From contig JBNJNM010000015.1 in NCBI GenBank assembly GCA_052426225.1, positions 1,612,001 through 1,676,000 on the forward strand: a DNA stretch of 64,000 bases, read 5' to 3'. How positions within the stretch are numbered: the stretch's first letter is position 1; each line of letters opens with the position of its first letter. Shown one piece after another: positions 25,518 through 38,121 of the stretch. The position numbers and the translations under genes were made by a program. The stretch comes from Zancudomyces culisetae HAW-14-8 (lineage: Eukaryota; Fungi; Kickxellomycota). The notes beneath the pieces were generated by a model. It saw nothing but the letters and a program-made list of their open reading frames with translations, made no database searches and was not told the origin of the DNA.

Positions 25518-27151
25518 ATGACAGGGCTCGAACAAGCAGTAGCGGGAATGGACATCAACAAGTAAGTTTATTTGCGTTTTGTAGCTGATTCTGTTATTAA
25601 TTTGTTTAATAAATTCCCCCATCCTACTTGTGGCGGTAACAATTGGGAACAAAACTGTAATGATAAATGAAAAAAAATAAAATGTAATAGAAGCGATAAT
25701 ATTGATGCTGTTGAGCAGAAAATAACACCTTGGGAGGTGGAAGGTGCTGTAGTGGATGGTGAGCAAATGGCAGTGGATTACGAAAAGCTCACAAAGAACT
25801 TTGGAACCAAGCTAATCGATCCGGCGTTGTTGGAACGATTCGAAAAACTAACCGGCCATAAACCACATATGTTTTTACGTAGAGGAATATTTTTCTCCCA
25901 CAGGTAAGCAAAGAAGGTCTATATTACAACTCTTTTCCAGTCAAAATAAAAAAAATAGACACACCAAAGGAACGACATAAACCCATGTAATTGAATGTAA
26001 AAAATAGAGATTTGGAAGTGATTCTTGACAGATACGAACAAAAGAAACCATTCTACTTGTACACAGGAAGAGGGCCAAGCAAGGGACGTATGCATCTTGG
26101 ACATATGCTTCCGTTTGTATTTACCAAGTGGCTGCAAGATGTATTTGATGTACCACTAGTTATTCAATTGACAGGTATTGTAAACTTTTCATTTTGTTAT
26201 AAGACTATTTGCCTGCCATAAACGGGACAATGGTGCCCTGAAGCTTCATGTTCTATCGGAAAAATAAGGATTAGGCATAATAATAACAATGATAAATGGT
26301 AAATAGATGACGAAAAGTTTTTGTTTAAACAGGATTTAAAATTGGAGGAGACATACAAATATTCGTTGACCACAGTAAGAGAAATAGCTGCTATTGGATA
26401 CAAACCCGAAAAGACATTGATATTTTCAGACTTGGACTTCATGGGAGGCCAATTTTATCGAAACATTGTTAAGATTTCAAAGTCAATTACAGGAAGCACA
26501 GCAAAGGCAGCATTTGGATTTACCGATACTGACTGCGTAGGCAAAGTGTTCTACCCATGTATTCAGATAGCACCAGCATTCAGCACATCTTTTCCAGGAA
26601 TCTTTGGCGAAAACTCCAAGCCAATTCCATGCCTGATTCCATGTGGAATCGATCAAGACCCTTACTTCAGATTGACTAGAGATATTGCGCTAAAACTCAA
26701 GCACCCCAAACCCTCTTTGATTCATTCGATCTTCTTGCCAGCTTTACAGGGACCAAACTCAAAAATGAGTTCATCCATTGATGCATCGGCCATCTTTACC
26801 TCAGATACTGCTGCCCAAGTCAAGAACAAAATCAACAGAAATGCATTCTCAGGTGGACGCGAGACACTCGAACTCCACAAAAAATACGGTGGAAACCCAG
26901 ATGTCGACGTTCCCTACCAATATCTACGGTACTTTTCTGATGACGACGAGCTTTTGGATGATCTGGCTGCCAAGTATAGATCTGGAGAGTTACTGTCTTC
27001 TGAAATGAAACAACACTGCATCAAAGCTATCCAGGACTTTTTGGCAGAATTCCAAGCGAATGAAAAGGCTGTTACTGATGAAATGGTCAAAAACTTTATG
27101 GATCCTTATTACCCCCGAAAATTTGATATTTTGCAACCATCATCCAAATAG
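25518..27151 (+). CDS. WRS1: Cytosolic tryptophanyl-tRNA synthetase, multi-exon
   Basis: [10 protein letters not shown]...VDYEKL...[12 protein letters not shown]; [10 protein letters not shown]...MHLGH (HIGH); DQDPYFR; KMSSS; AFSGG. Confidence 0.97.
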
Positions 27152-27495
27152 CACTTTTTCTTTGTACAAACCATAATTCTCTTTAATTTAGGTTTCTACT
27201 ATTATTTTATCCATAACAAAAATAAATCAACATACTGGAGTATATTCTCCTCCTCATTTCCCGTCTCAATCTGATCAGTAGTAGTCAACCTTTCGCGTTG
27301 AATTAACTGAAAGTTGTGCCAATTTGTCCAGAACGAATTCTTGGTATGCAGAAAATTTTTTTTTAGCTTGCGAAAATACTATGAAATTAATTTGATCGTG
27401 CGATTTCGACATTCATAAACCAATTCTGGTACAAGATACCGTTTAGTTACAATATAGATAAATAAAGTAGAAAATAGAAATAAAAAACAGGAGAA

Positions 27496-30339
27496 ATGAG
27501 CAAAAGCAATCTAATACGAGGACTAAACCTGTGTAAGGATACGTGTGTTTCTTCAAGATCTCAAAAAACAGCTACAAGATATAGACTGTGTCTAAAACAT
27601 GGTGCATCTGCATACCGCATCCCTAAAATTAAACAATACCAGCTGTTTTCAACCCGTACAAAAGTTTGTGAACCAACTCATGGTAATGATTCGAAGCCTG
27701 AAAAAGAACATGCAAACAACGAGGATCGAATGGGCGCTGTCGATACTGGCGTAACAGTCGGAAATGCTGAATTAGAAAACGCCAAGGATGTGGAAAATCA
27801 AACTGTGGAAACAATTCAACAACTCGAGAATTCTGGGTCTGAGTTTGACAATAATACAACTAGCAGCGTACAAGTGAATATTACTGATCTACCAAAGACA
27901 GACAATGAAAATAAGGAAAGCGTGAATGAAACAGAGGTGGAAAGGGGGCAAAACGCAACTGGAAGCATCTGCACTATCCCAAAGACGCAAGACACAGAGG
28001 ATGCTCCAGAAAATGGGGATTCTGAAATCAAGAACACTAATAAGAACGAAAAGAGAGCAGCTAGTACAAACGGAGGGCACCTGGACCTAAAACTAGAAAA
28101 ACCGACACAAACAGGATCTATTGGACCGAAGCTAGATGAACGGACAAAGATACGGTTGACCCAGATAAGACAACTCAAGAAGGAGCTAGGAGAAATCTTG
28201 ATTCCAACAGGGTATGTATTGATGAAAATGGCACAGCGAAGGAATACACCAAAGCGAAGGGATTTGATGAATAAATTCGGAGATCGGCAGATTGATGAGT
28301 TAGATATGATGGATATAGAACGACAAGAAAAGCAAGTGCTAGAGGAGCATGGAATCAAAAACCCGCTGATCGACCGAGAAACAACGTACAAGAGAGTGCT
28401 TGAAATCCAAAAGGAAATTTTTGATAGAAAAATGTATCTACTGGACAAGGACATACTCGGGGTGCTGTTACAGGCATTTATTAGATTGAAAAGAGTTGAA
28501 GATGCCTATAAACTGGTGGCAATTATGTTTAGATTGAGATCAAAGCCGAAGATCGGCCTGATAACTGCGTTTGTAAAATTTGCATCAGAGAGGAATATGG
28601 TTGATATGGTGATTTCAGTAATTGAGATGATGGATCAGACGAATGAAGCGCGACAAAAAATGCTTCAGAGCAATAACAAGGACGTGTATAGAGATAAAGC
28701 AACAAATGGATCAAGGCCAGATGAAAGAGCCACCGATGAGATTAGTAGAGTGATGGATGCGCAGCAGGAGCAACAAATGTATGAGTATCTGATTAAAACA
28801 ATGTTATCCATGGATCACTCTGAATTGGGATATATATACTTCAACAGTAGAAAGGGGAAAGGCGTTAGCATTGAGCTGGTAGATATGCTGATTTCCAAGA
28901 TGTGCGTGGACAACGAAATCGAATTGGCTTGTAAAACATATGTTGATTTATTGAACCAAAAAATCAAACTAAACTACAGCAATGATATTAATAGCGGCGG
29001 TGGTATTGCTAGCAACATTGATCCCGAAAACTCGGCGGTGCTACTACCAGCGACCTCATTACGTCTTTTACGGGAAATATCAAGGACGTTGGACTTGCCA
29101 GACATTAACATAGATGGCGGGAATGAAAACAGTAGTAATACTATAGCTGGTAATAATACTGGGACTGCTAGCAAAAGTAATGGGACAAGTATGATTGAGC
29201 TGTTGTGGAAGAAATGTACACAGGTGCACAAACTCCAGTTGACCGAGAGCGATTGTTTAGGTGTGCTGAATGTAGCATCAAGATATGGAAAGACTGGGCT
29301 GGCATCTGACGTGTTGCAAACATTGCTGGGAATTTTAAAGCAAAAAAAGATTGCATTGACATCATCAGTGCCGCCAACATCCAACTTATCGTCACTAATG
29401 GCGTTGGCAATGACGAATACCACCAGCAGTATGGAATTGTTACAAGAGTATCATTTGGAACCCCTGTTTGAGGCATTTTTGACTGCAAGAAACTATAGAC
29501 GAGCATTTGAAACTCTGCATTTAATGCGAGCAAACAAAATGGGTCATGGGACTGACACTTGTATAACCATCACAAGACACCTGTTATCTACATACAAGGA
29601 CTCTGTCAAGCATAACATGGTCATAGAAAAAATCCTTGGAGAATTATATAACTGTAAATACTCGCCCAAGAGGACAAACGCAATAGACGAATCGGATCCT
29701 TCACAGAAAGATCTGGATTCTAGATTGAGCAACAAAAACAACAACAACAACAGCAACCCATCCTACGGCAAGTTCCCAAAAGCAGTTACGGCAAGGACGG
29801 TAGATGCAATTCTCAAATACTATTTTCATACCAAACAGTTGAACCTAGGAATTAGCAAGACAGAGTTTTACTATCAAAAATTTGAATTAGAAAAGAACTA
29901 TCTCACTATTTTGATGATGTTGGAGGGCTGTTTTATAAGCAACAACTACTACACAGCCAAACTGATATACAACAGCAGTCCAATACTACCACCAGTACTC
30001 TCCAAACATACCGGCTCTCAGTTTGCACAAAACAAGGCCAAAGGCAGAAACAGCTTCCTTTCCCCGGGCGACGTTGGTAGTCTCGCCCCCAATAGCAGCA
30101 TGGATGCTAGGGAGTACCTTCCCAGAATCTATAAATTGATGATTTTGATTTCGCTGAATAGTCAAAATTATGAAGACTCATTTATTTATTTGGAGGCTAT
30201 AAAAAACACTGGAACCATTCCAAGCTACGAAATATACTCGAAAATTGCTCTCAAGTGCGAGTATTATAAAGATCCTAGGCTGGAAGCCATTATAGAAGAG
30301 ATGAGGCTCTACGGTTACAATACCAACAATGCATTCTGA
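27496..30339 (+). CDS. Probable mitochondrial pentatricopeptide-repeat (PPR-like) protein
   Basis: 947-aa intronless ORF with a basic, presequence-like N-terminus and ~35-aa helical units (LGVLLQAFIRLKRVEDAYKLVAIMFRLRSKPK; LEPLFEAFLTARNYRRAFETLHLMR; IYKLMILISLNSQNYEDSFIYLEAIKNTGTIPS). Confidence 0.65.
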   Translation: MSKSNLIRGLNLCKDTCVSSRSQKTATRYRLCLKHGASAYRIPKIKQYQLFSTRTKVCEPTHGNDSKPEKEHANNEDRMGAVDTGVTVGNAELENAKDVENQTVETIQQLENSGSEFDNNTTSSVQVNITDLPKTDNENKESVNETEVERGQNATGSICTIPKTQDTEDAPENGDSEIKNTNKNEKRAASTNGGHLDLKLEKPTQTGSIGPKLDERTKIRLTQIRQLKKELGEILIPTGYVLMKMAQRRNTPKRRDLMNKFGDRQIDELDMMDIERQEKQVLEEHGIKNPLIDRETTYKRVLEIQKEIFDRKMYLLDKDILGVLLQAFIRLKRVEDAYKLVAIMFRLRSKPKIGLITAFVKFASERNMVDMVISVIEMMDQTNEARQKMLQSNNKDVYRDKATNGSRPDERATDEISRVMDAQQEQQMYEYLIKTMLSMDHSELGYIYFNSRKGKGVSIELVDMLISKMCVDNEIELACKTYVDLLNQKIKLNYSNDINSGGGIASNIDPENSAVLLPATSLRLLREISRTLDLPDINIDGGNENSSNTIAGNNTGTASKSNGTSMIELLWKKCTQVHKLQLTESDCLGVLNVASRYGKTGLASDVLQTLLGILKQKKIALTSSVPPTSNLSSLMALAMTNTTSSMELLQEYHLEPLFEAFLTARNYRRAFETLHLMRANKMGHGTDTCITITRHLLSTYKDSVKHNMVIEKILGELYNCKYSPKRTNAIDESDPSQKDLDSRLSNKNNNNNSNPSYGKFPKAVTARTVDAILKYYFHTKQLNLGISKTEFYYQKFELEKNYLTILMMLEGCFISNNYYTAKLIYNSSPILPPVLSKHTGSQFAQNKAKGRNSFLSPGDVGSLAPNSSMDAREYLPRIYKLMILISLNSQNYEDSFIYLEAIKNTGTIPSYEIYSKIALKCEYYKDPRLEAIIEEMRLYGYNTNNAF

Positions 30340-30397
30340 TCTGAATAACTTGTATGTATTAGCTAATTTGCTATTCAAGTTGCCCACTTGCGATTTT

Positions 30398-31490
30398 TCA
30401 TCTTGTTTTTTCATAGACAGCAAATTCAACTTCATAATTCTCCCCAATAGTAAAGCTTTTTTCAATCGCATTTGCACTTTTTGTCTTGTTCACCACTACA
30501 CTTTTGTCCTTATCATTGTTACTATTACTATTACTATTGCTATTGCTATTTTGAGCATTCTTGTTTGCGTTGGAAGTAGAGGCAGTCATCATTTCCTCAA
30601 TATCAAATGGAACAAGACCTTGCAAGTATTCAAAACTCTTTTTTTCGAATCCGCTGGGAATTTCGGGGAAAAAAACCGCAAATTCGGGTTTTAGTTCGCT
30701 GTTGAGGATCTTTACATTAGTAACAAACGCTCTTATCGCACCAACACCATCAAAACCACCAGCAATGTCAGAGCTGTGGTCCGTCTCTTCTGCACCAATT
30801 TTCATATTTAATGCTTCGTGGTACATTTGGGTTCCTCCTACCACAAAGACGTCGCAAAACGAGTATTCAGGATGTTCGTTTTTGTAGACATATTCTAAAC
30901 TGGCACGCAAACTTGGTTGGATAACTGAGCCTTTGTATTTTTTCTCTCTAACAAAATTTATATATATATATATTATATATGGATATGGATATATTGACTG
31001 TTTTAGTTGATTTGTCGGGGAATATTATAAAAAGGAAAAAGAAAGTGACAACAAAAAAAAAGTGTAAAAAGCAAAGGGGTATATATTACAATTTTGCTTA
31101 CCCAAAAAGTCCTGCATCACGGGTTACCACAATATTAAATCGTTTATTTAGCGGTCGATATTTGTCAGGTATTGAAGTCCAAGTATTTCTTCCCATAATT
31201 ACTACATTAATCTCCTTGCGCTGCAAATCAGAGCCGTCTTGCATATCTTTGACGTTCATATAGCCTGCAGATGGGATTTCTGTGCTTACGTCTCTGGTGG
31301 ATCCTGTTGCAATTCCATCTTGCTGCTGTTCTTTCCGCCTTATTTGGGTCGTCAATTGAGTAAAATACTTCATTTCCTGAGGAATGTTCCATGGCAAATC
31401 GTTACCCTTTATTCCGATCCCGTTTTCAGGGACTGATCTAGCCACTACGAGATTTAGGGGTTTGTCGAATACCCTTTTGATTAGTGTCAT
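30398..31490 (-). CDS. DFR1: Dihydrofolate reductase, two exons (31490-31102, 30947-30398)
   Basis: NGIGIKGNDLPWNIPQEMKYFTQLTT; NVVIMGRNTWTSIPDKYRPLNKRFNIVVTR; VFVVGGTQMY; EVEFAVYEK. The GTAAG...TTAG intron joins the exons in frame. Confidence 0.92.
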
Positions 31491-31729
31491 TTTCTATACT
31501 TGAATTTACCACTTTTTATTTACTTTGTTGCGAGATTTGATATTTCCAACCAAATGGTATTATTCTATATTCCAGAGTTTAAATTAAAAGCTTTATAATA
31601 AGATTTGTAATTTGATCATCTGCAATGTCATTTGATACAATTGTTTATTAAATTTTGTTATAAGCAAGTATTCGAAAAAAAGAAAGCAAAAAAAAAATCT
31701 ATGACTATTACACTATTTTACTAATGATC

Positions 31730-34700
31730 CTAGTTGTTGGAGGACAAGTTAAATTCAGGTGAATCATACAAAATAAAGGCATCGCTTAATAGTTCAGCAG
31801 CTGAAGGTCGTTTGTCCAATCTTGTCTCAAATGTCTTTGAAATAAAATCTATTGCCGCCTGTGAAAGCTTACCAGATGGAAGTTCGGGTTTTACATATTG
31901 GCCAATCTATTTTGATGTGTATAACAAAACAGTTTACATATCGTCTTAAAATCAAAAAAAGAAAAATTAAAGGTTTACACTCCAATTCAAAGATTAGATG
32001 CTATATTGAACTTACCTTTAGCAAGGCTTGGAATTGATCTAGGCCAGGGAACGGGTGCGCACCCGTCAACATTTCAATCAATAGACACCCCAAGCTCCAG
32101 ATATCGCACTTCATAGTATAGTTTAGATCCCTAACAACCTCTGGCGCCATCCTATTTGCATCAAAGTCAGAAACAGATAGTTAGACTTGTTTATAAGCGT
32201 AATTAGCGAACTAAAGTAGACAAATTAAAAACATATTACTCGTGACAAAAACAAAATAAAAGCTTACCAAAATATTGACCCTTGTAAAGAAGCGCGGTTT
32301 TTGGACGAGTTCATCACATCATCTACAGTTTTGGAAATTCCAAAATCGCTGATCTTGATCCGACCTTGGTGATCTATCAACACATTTCCACCCTTAATGT
32401 CGCAATGAATAATATTTTTACCATGCAAATAGGATAGGCCTTCTAATGTCTGTTTAATATAGGATCGAGCCAAGCTTTCAGGGAATGCACCAAAAGTTGC
32501 CAGAGCTGAAGTGACAGATCCGCCTGGAACGTATTCCAAAAAGATATTGAGTTGATCGTCAACGGACTCGTAGCCCAAATATCGCACTATGTTCTTGTGC
32601 TTAAGCGTTTGGAGCAAACGTAGCTCGGATTGTAGTGCACTCACCATTTTATGTTTTCTGGTACCGGTCGCTAGTCCAGCCATCGGAAAATCGACTTGTT
32701 TTACAGCCATAATTACCCCTGTTTTCACATGGATTCCGTAATAAACTGATCCAAACGAGCCACTGGCTATTTTTGCGCCTTTTATCCACACCTGCTCCGT
32801 GCTAGCTTTGCTTTCGTCAGATTTTTCGGGATTGAGCGAGAGGTCCTGCAGAACACTTTGACGAGGTTGATGCACATTTAGAAGTATGGTGTCACTCGAT
32901 AAATGAAGAGATCCTTTGGCCAGGCTAGTATCGCTCCTGACTACTAATTCTGGAGATCGTTGAGGAGTATTGATACTTCCCTGCAATGCAAGAGGAGATT
33001 TTGGGTGTGTGATGGATCCGGAGCCGTGGGGGCTTCTTCTTTCGTTGAAATAAAAGTCTAAACTGCTTGTATAGTCGCTTTCAGCAAACTCCAAACAATT
33101 TCTGTCTCCACAAGAACTAGTATCGTAATAGCTACCATTAATGGGAAATTTATCGTGTTCTACATCAGGAGAGTTTAGGCACTTTTCAATATTATCCTTA
33201 CTGAAACTATGGGTACTTGTACTTCTATTTTCAAATATTCGGCTGCTGCTCCCAATACTTTTATCAAACATACTGTCTGAGAGGTCAGATAACAGCGAAC
33301 CGTAATCGTTTTCTTCGAGTTCAGGCTCGCTATTGTCAGCCGGATCTGGGTGTGGAATCCGCTTGGTGAACGTGTAGTCTATATTTTCCTCACCCAATAT
33401 TTTTTTAAACTTTTCTATTCGTTTGGATTTGTCGCTCTTAAAGGAGCGAGATGAATTTAAATTTTCATTGCTCATTTTAAATGGGATATTTGCAAGAATA
33501 AGTGGTGCAGGTCGACCTACAGCCTTGGTTTTGCTCGTATTTTTTTTAAACCCAGTAATCCTATCAACACTGCCTCCATTCCTCATAGCTTTTTCTATTG
33601 ATTTTTTGGCTGCCGATTCGTTGTCTGGGAAATAATTTGACAGATTATTTCGTAAATACCCAAACGAAGGCTGGCTTCCAAATTCCTGTCGCTGCCTTTC
33701 TGCCTTGACTTTCATCGCCTCAAACTCCTTTCTGATATTCTTTTTTGACTTTTCATGGTTGTTTCCCTTAGCTGCCGTCACATTCTTATTAGAGGATCCA
33801 CCAAAAAAATTATGTTTAATTCCAGTTCTGATCGGACTTGCGGATTGCTGTGAACGTTGTGATTGGATCGTTTTTAAGCTATCATTGGATCCTAAGAACA
33901 TGTCTGTACCGTTTTTTTTTGTGCCATCTGCAAACATATTCTCAAACTTCTCTATAGCTCTTAACAAGTTGGCATCTCGGCTTGCCTGATCCGCTTCTAT
34001 TGATCGTTGATGCCTCTTCTTGAGGTAGAATTTTTCGTTGTTATATGCTGTTTTTTGTAATAAAATATCTTCCAAATCCTCCTCATTAAGCATGCGTGCC
34101 CCTTGCTCTGCTGTCAACAAAAACAAACTATATTTTTCCTTGTCTGGCCTTTCCGATATTCCAAATTCCCGAAGAACTTTCTCCATTACTTTTTCTCCCA
34201 AAATCTCCCCAGTTATCTCAACTTTTTTCTGCTCGTTTTCAGGCCCTACTACAGTTATTTCTCTCTTTTTTGCGTTTGCTTCAATAACCTCTTCAATCTG
34301 CCTATCCCATGTCATCATTGTTCTACTAGTATTTGTCGGTTTTTCCTGCTCTACCTTGCGGTCAATGACCAGTTCTTGGCTACCAACAGTCCGATTCTCT
34401 CTATAATTTTCATCCTTACCACATACTAGATTGTCTTCCCTCCCAATACTTTCGTTCAAAACGTCTTTTTTGTTTTCTTTCCAAATTCTTAATTCGCTTT
34501 CTAACCCTCCATCTCGTAGCTTTGAAATCTTCTTATTCAACTTAATTTTGTCGCCAACTTTTGGAATGTTTAGATCTCCTAATAGCGAGTAAGACATATC
34601 CAATAATTGTTCGCCATCTATATTATTATCCACAAATGTATCAACATAGTTGCCAAACCCCTCTGTTTCAAGCCATTTGGCCACTTGATACCTGTTCCAG

Positions 34701-34753
34701 TTTAGTACCTGAGATAATGGTTCTTGTTGCTGCATTTCGCCAATACACTGCAT
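31730..34753 (-). CDS. STE11: Ste11/Byr2-type MAP kinase kinase kinase (SAM, Ras-association, kinase)
   Basis: SAM WNRYQVAKWL...NNIDGEQLL...KVGDKIKL; RA-like segment; kinase WIKGAKIASGSFGSVY, MAVKQV, LNIFLEYVPGGS, KISDFGISK, RASLQGSIFW/MAPEVV, DIWSLGCLLIEMLTGAHPFP. Two introns in the kinase region. The start is approximate. Confidence 0.9.
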
Positions 34754-35928
34754 TATTTCACAATTTTGTATCACCTTCCACAGTTTATTTCGATAATGCT
34801 GGTATATATAACCTCTCGTAGTATGGAAAGGTATTGTAAATATATTATATGACTATTTAAACAATACAAACAGTAATCTGACTCTGATTTTGAGTTCTTT
34901 GTATAATCTCTTTCAATAACTTTCTCGTGTATTTTTTCCTCTTTCTGTTTTATGTTTTCTATTCCATAGGCTTTTTCTGTTTGTATTATGAACCAATTTT
35001 TTATACTCCTAAACTATTGGCCTTAGCAATCGATTGCAATTTTTTATTGGATGCATTTGTAAAATAGGTCAAAAAAAAAAAGGCGATTATAATTTCTACA
35101 AAAAAAAAGTAATGAAAAGCAAAGAATATTATTAGTGGCTAATTCTTTGGAATTACTTTCAATCATCTCCAATGGCATTTAACTGAATGATGATTGACCA
35201 GCATCGTAACACTTGCATATTACATCTCATAGTGTACTTGCCATTTGACTCGCTTTTTTAGATGGTGCTCAAGTCGTGGTTTGGCGGCCAAAATACACAA
35301 TTTTGTGATTGTAAAACCTAATACCCGAGCTTTTCCTGCTTTCCACCTCCCCCCCCACTACCTTAATCGAAAATGACATTGATAAATAAGAATTCAACAG
35401 CACGAAAAAAGGCCTGGAAGATAGCCAAGAAAGGAAGAAAAAAAGGTGGTGGTGGAAGGAAGGGAGGGAAGCATATGTGTGCTTTTAGGACGTGTAAGAG
35501 GGGCTTTTTTTCTCGGAGTCAGCATCATTGATTTGGGAAAATTTCCTCCACATCATAATATATTGGGTACAACCAAAGCCCGTAAAAAGCAAATCACTAT
35601 AAAATTTCCATTATATGTGTTATAAGGAACATAATCATAAATAGCTATCATCGCTGATCCAATCCCAGAGTTTTTTTTTTAAAAAAAAGATGAAAGTTTT
35701 TGCACGATGAGTCGGATATTTAATAAGAAATAATGTAAAGGATCTTGAGCCTGGACATTGTAGCAGAACACATGCTACAATTGAATGTAACCAAGATAAA
35801 AGAAACAGTCTTTAAAAGTTATGTTCTTTATTTATTCATAGGTTAACGTATAAACTAAAAGAATGCCTACAATAAAAAAAGTATTCACTAAAGAATAGGG
35901 AAACCACTATTCAGAAAACTCTCCAGTT

Positions 35929-37071
35929 TTATGCGTTTATTGGAACTATAATTGGCATAATGTACAATCGATATCAGAATTGTTAGTACTACTTTTATTT
36001 GTATATAATAGAGATTCGAACGAAATATTTGAATGGGGGCTAAACTTACCATGCAAAAGCTTTTCAAGCTTGGCAATCTTGGTTGAAACGGACATATCAA
36101 GTGTGTAGTCTCCGAATTCAATAACCATACCGCCGAGGATGTTTGGGTTGAGAACGTTAACTACCTCGAGTTTCTTGTAGTCTTTGACGTATTCATTTGA
36201 TGCAATAGTTGCCTCAACTTCCTTAAGTGTCTTTGCATCCAATGTCTAAAAAAATGTACAAACCACAGATAAATTAAGTAACCTTTAAATCAACTAACCA
36301 ACCAACCAACACTCAAATGCCTTATTTGTATACAATACGCAATTGGCATACAAAAACAGCGATAGCGCCTAAAAATAGTGCCCTAAGGATCAACTTACCG
36401 AGGCAGAAGTAACTCTGACTGGGACAACACCGTTGTATGCTTTCATGAGCTGAGTGTATGCACCAATAATTTCTTGTAGTATTGACACTCTACCGTTTTG
36501 AGCCAAAAGTGAAACAAAGTTCTTGGTGGTCTCGCTTAATTTTCGTCCTAAAAGAATCTTCTCTTTGTCTTCTTGTTTAATCAATGGTGAAATCAAGGCT
36601 TCTTTGAAACTTGGATCGCTAGTAATTGCCTTTTGGATCACGCTGAGATCGGAATCAACTTTTTCCAAAGTGCCCTTTGCGCTTGCGGCGTTGAACAAAG
36701 CTGTGGCATATTTTCCGTCGATTCCATGAACAACAATTGGTGCCTATTATGTTTATCCAATACCCGGATTTATTTTTTTTAAGTTCGCATTCAATCGATC
36801 AATCGGTGTTATGAAGAAAGGATGATAAATGTATATTGTAATGTAAACAGAATCATTAATTTGATTTCAATAAAATTGCATTTTTCTTTTACCTTTTTTG
36901 CAGCTGAAGCGTAGCCGCGAGCGGACTATTCGATTGATAATAACAGAATGTTAATTTCTCTGACTGGTGTTGCTAGGCACAAACATTCGATATTCTCTTT
37001 ATACTTCATAATATATTTAAAATGTGTAAACGGCTTACTGTGAAGGATCTGGTGGCTAATTGACGAAACAT
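35929..37071 (-). CDS. ATP5: Mitochondrial ATP synthase subunit 5 (OSCP), multi-exon
   Basis: Presequence MFRQLATRSFT; APIVVHGIDGKYATALFNAAS; NFVSLLAQNGR; VRVTSA; LNPNILGGMVIEFGDYTLDMSVSTKIAKL. The last micro-exon (...VPINA*) is tentative. Confidence 0.95.
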
Positions 37072-38121
37072 CCTTAATATCTCAATTTAAAATTCGGATT
37101 GAAGTAAATTAATTCTGTATCTAAAAAGATAATTTCTTTATTAAAAATAAAGGGTTTATTTTTCCTGGCTTTTTCTTTTCGCTGTTATCTAAGCAACTAG
37201 CTAATTTTGTAAACCATAAACAAGTGCTGTTTCAAACACAAAATTTCAATATTTTCTGAAAATTTTTTGGCATTACTACTTGCGGAAAAAAGAGGGGGAG
37301 AAATTATCATTTTTTTATTGTTTGGTGCAAAGTAGCCCAGGTAGATGCCTGCAAGGATCTGGTTTTTTGGTAAACTCTTGCTGAAATCCTGATAAAAAAA
37401 TTTTTTGATAAAAAAAAATTTTTACCTATTATCCCGCACACTCTGCTCGATAAAAAGTCGAAATTAAATCTCAAACAAATGGTTATATGAGTGCTGGCCC
37501 TTTTCAATTTCAGCAAACAAAAAAATCAAATAAAAATTGCACATAAAAATTTTTTTTGGTCAATAATAGTTCTGGGAGGGGAAGGAGGGGTTTCTGAGCG
37601 TGTTTTCCTTGTTACTTGCAGCCTATTACAAGCCCAACGGATTTTACATAAAGGCTGGTATGCTTCAAGGCAGAGAATCTTGGGGGGAGAAAGAGAGGAG
37701 ATGTGGTAGTATCTAAAATGCCCATTTGTTTGTTTTTTATCATTTTATTAGTCGCAACTTACGCCAACAATAAAGCAATAGAGGCTAAAGAAAATTGTTT
37801 TGCAAGTAAATCTGTGGAAGCCGGTCGGGGGTTATGGTTCAGAAATTAGCTGATTTTCTCCCAATTTGATGGGGATAGAGGGTGGGAGTGAGGCATGAAA
37901 GAAAAGCGAATTGATAGCTTTTAAAACAGCCAAATAAAATCGTAAATATATCTCAAAGCTAGAAATAACAATCGTAAAATAAGTTGAGCTGTTATCTTTT
38001 TCTTTTTCCAACGCGCAAATCATATTCATTTTTCGATATTATAAAAAACCAGGAATAAGATTTGTGATCCCACTTTATACCAGCTAAAAACGAAATAGCA
38101 TTTATATTGTATTAAGATAAG

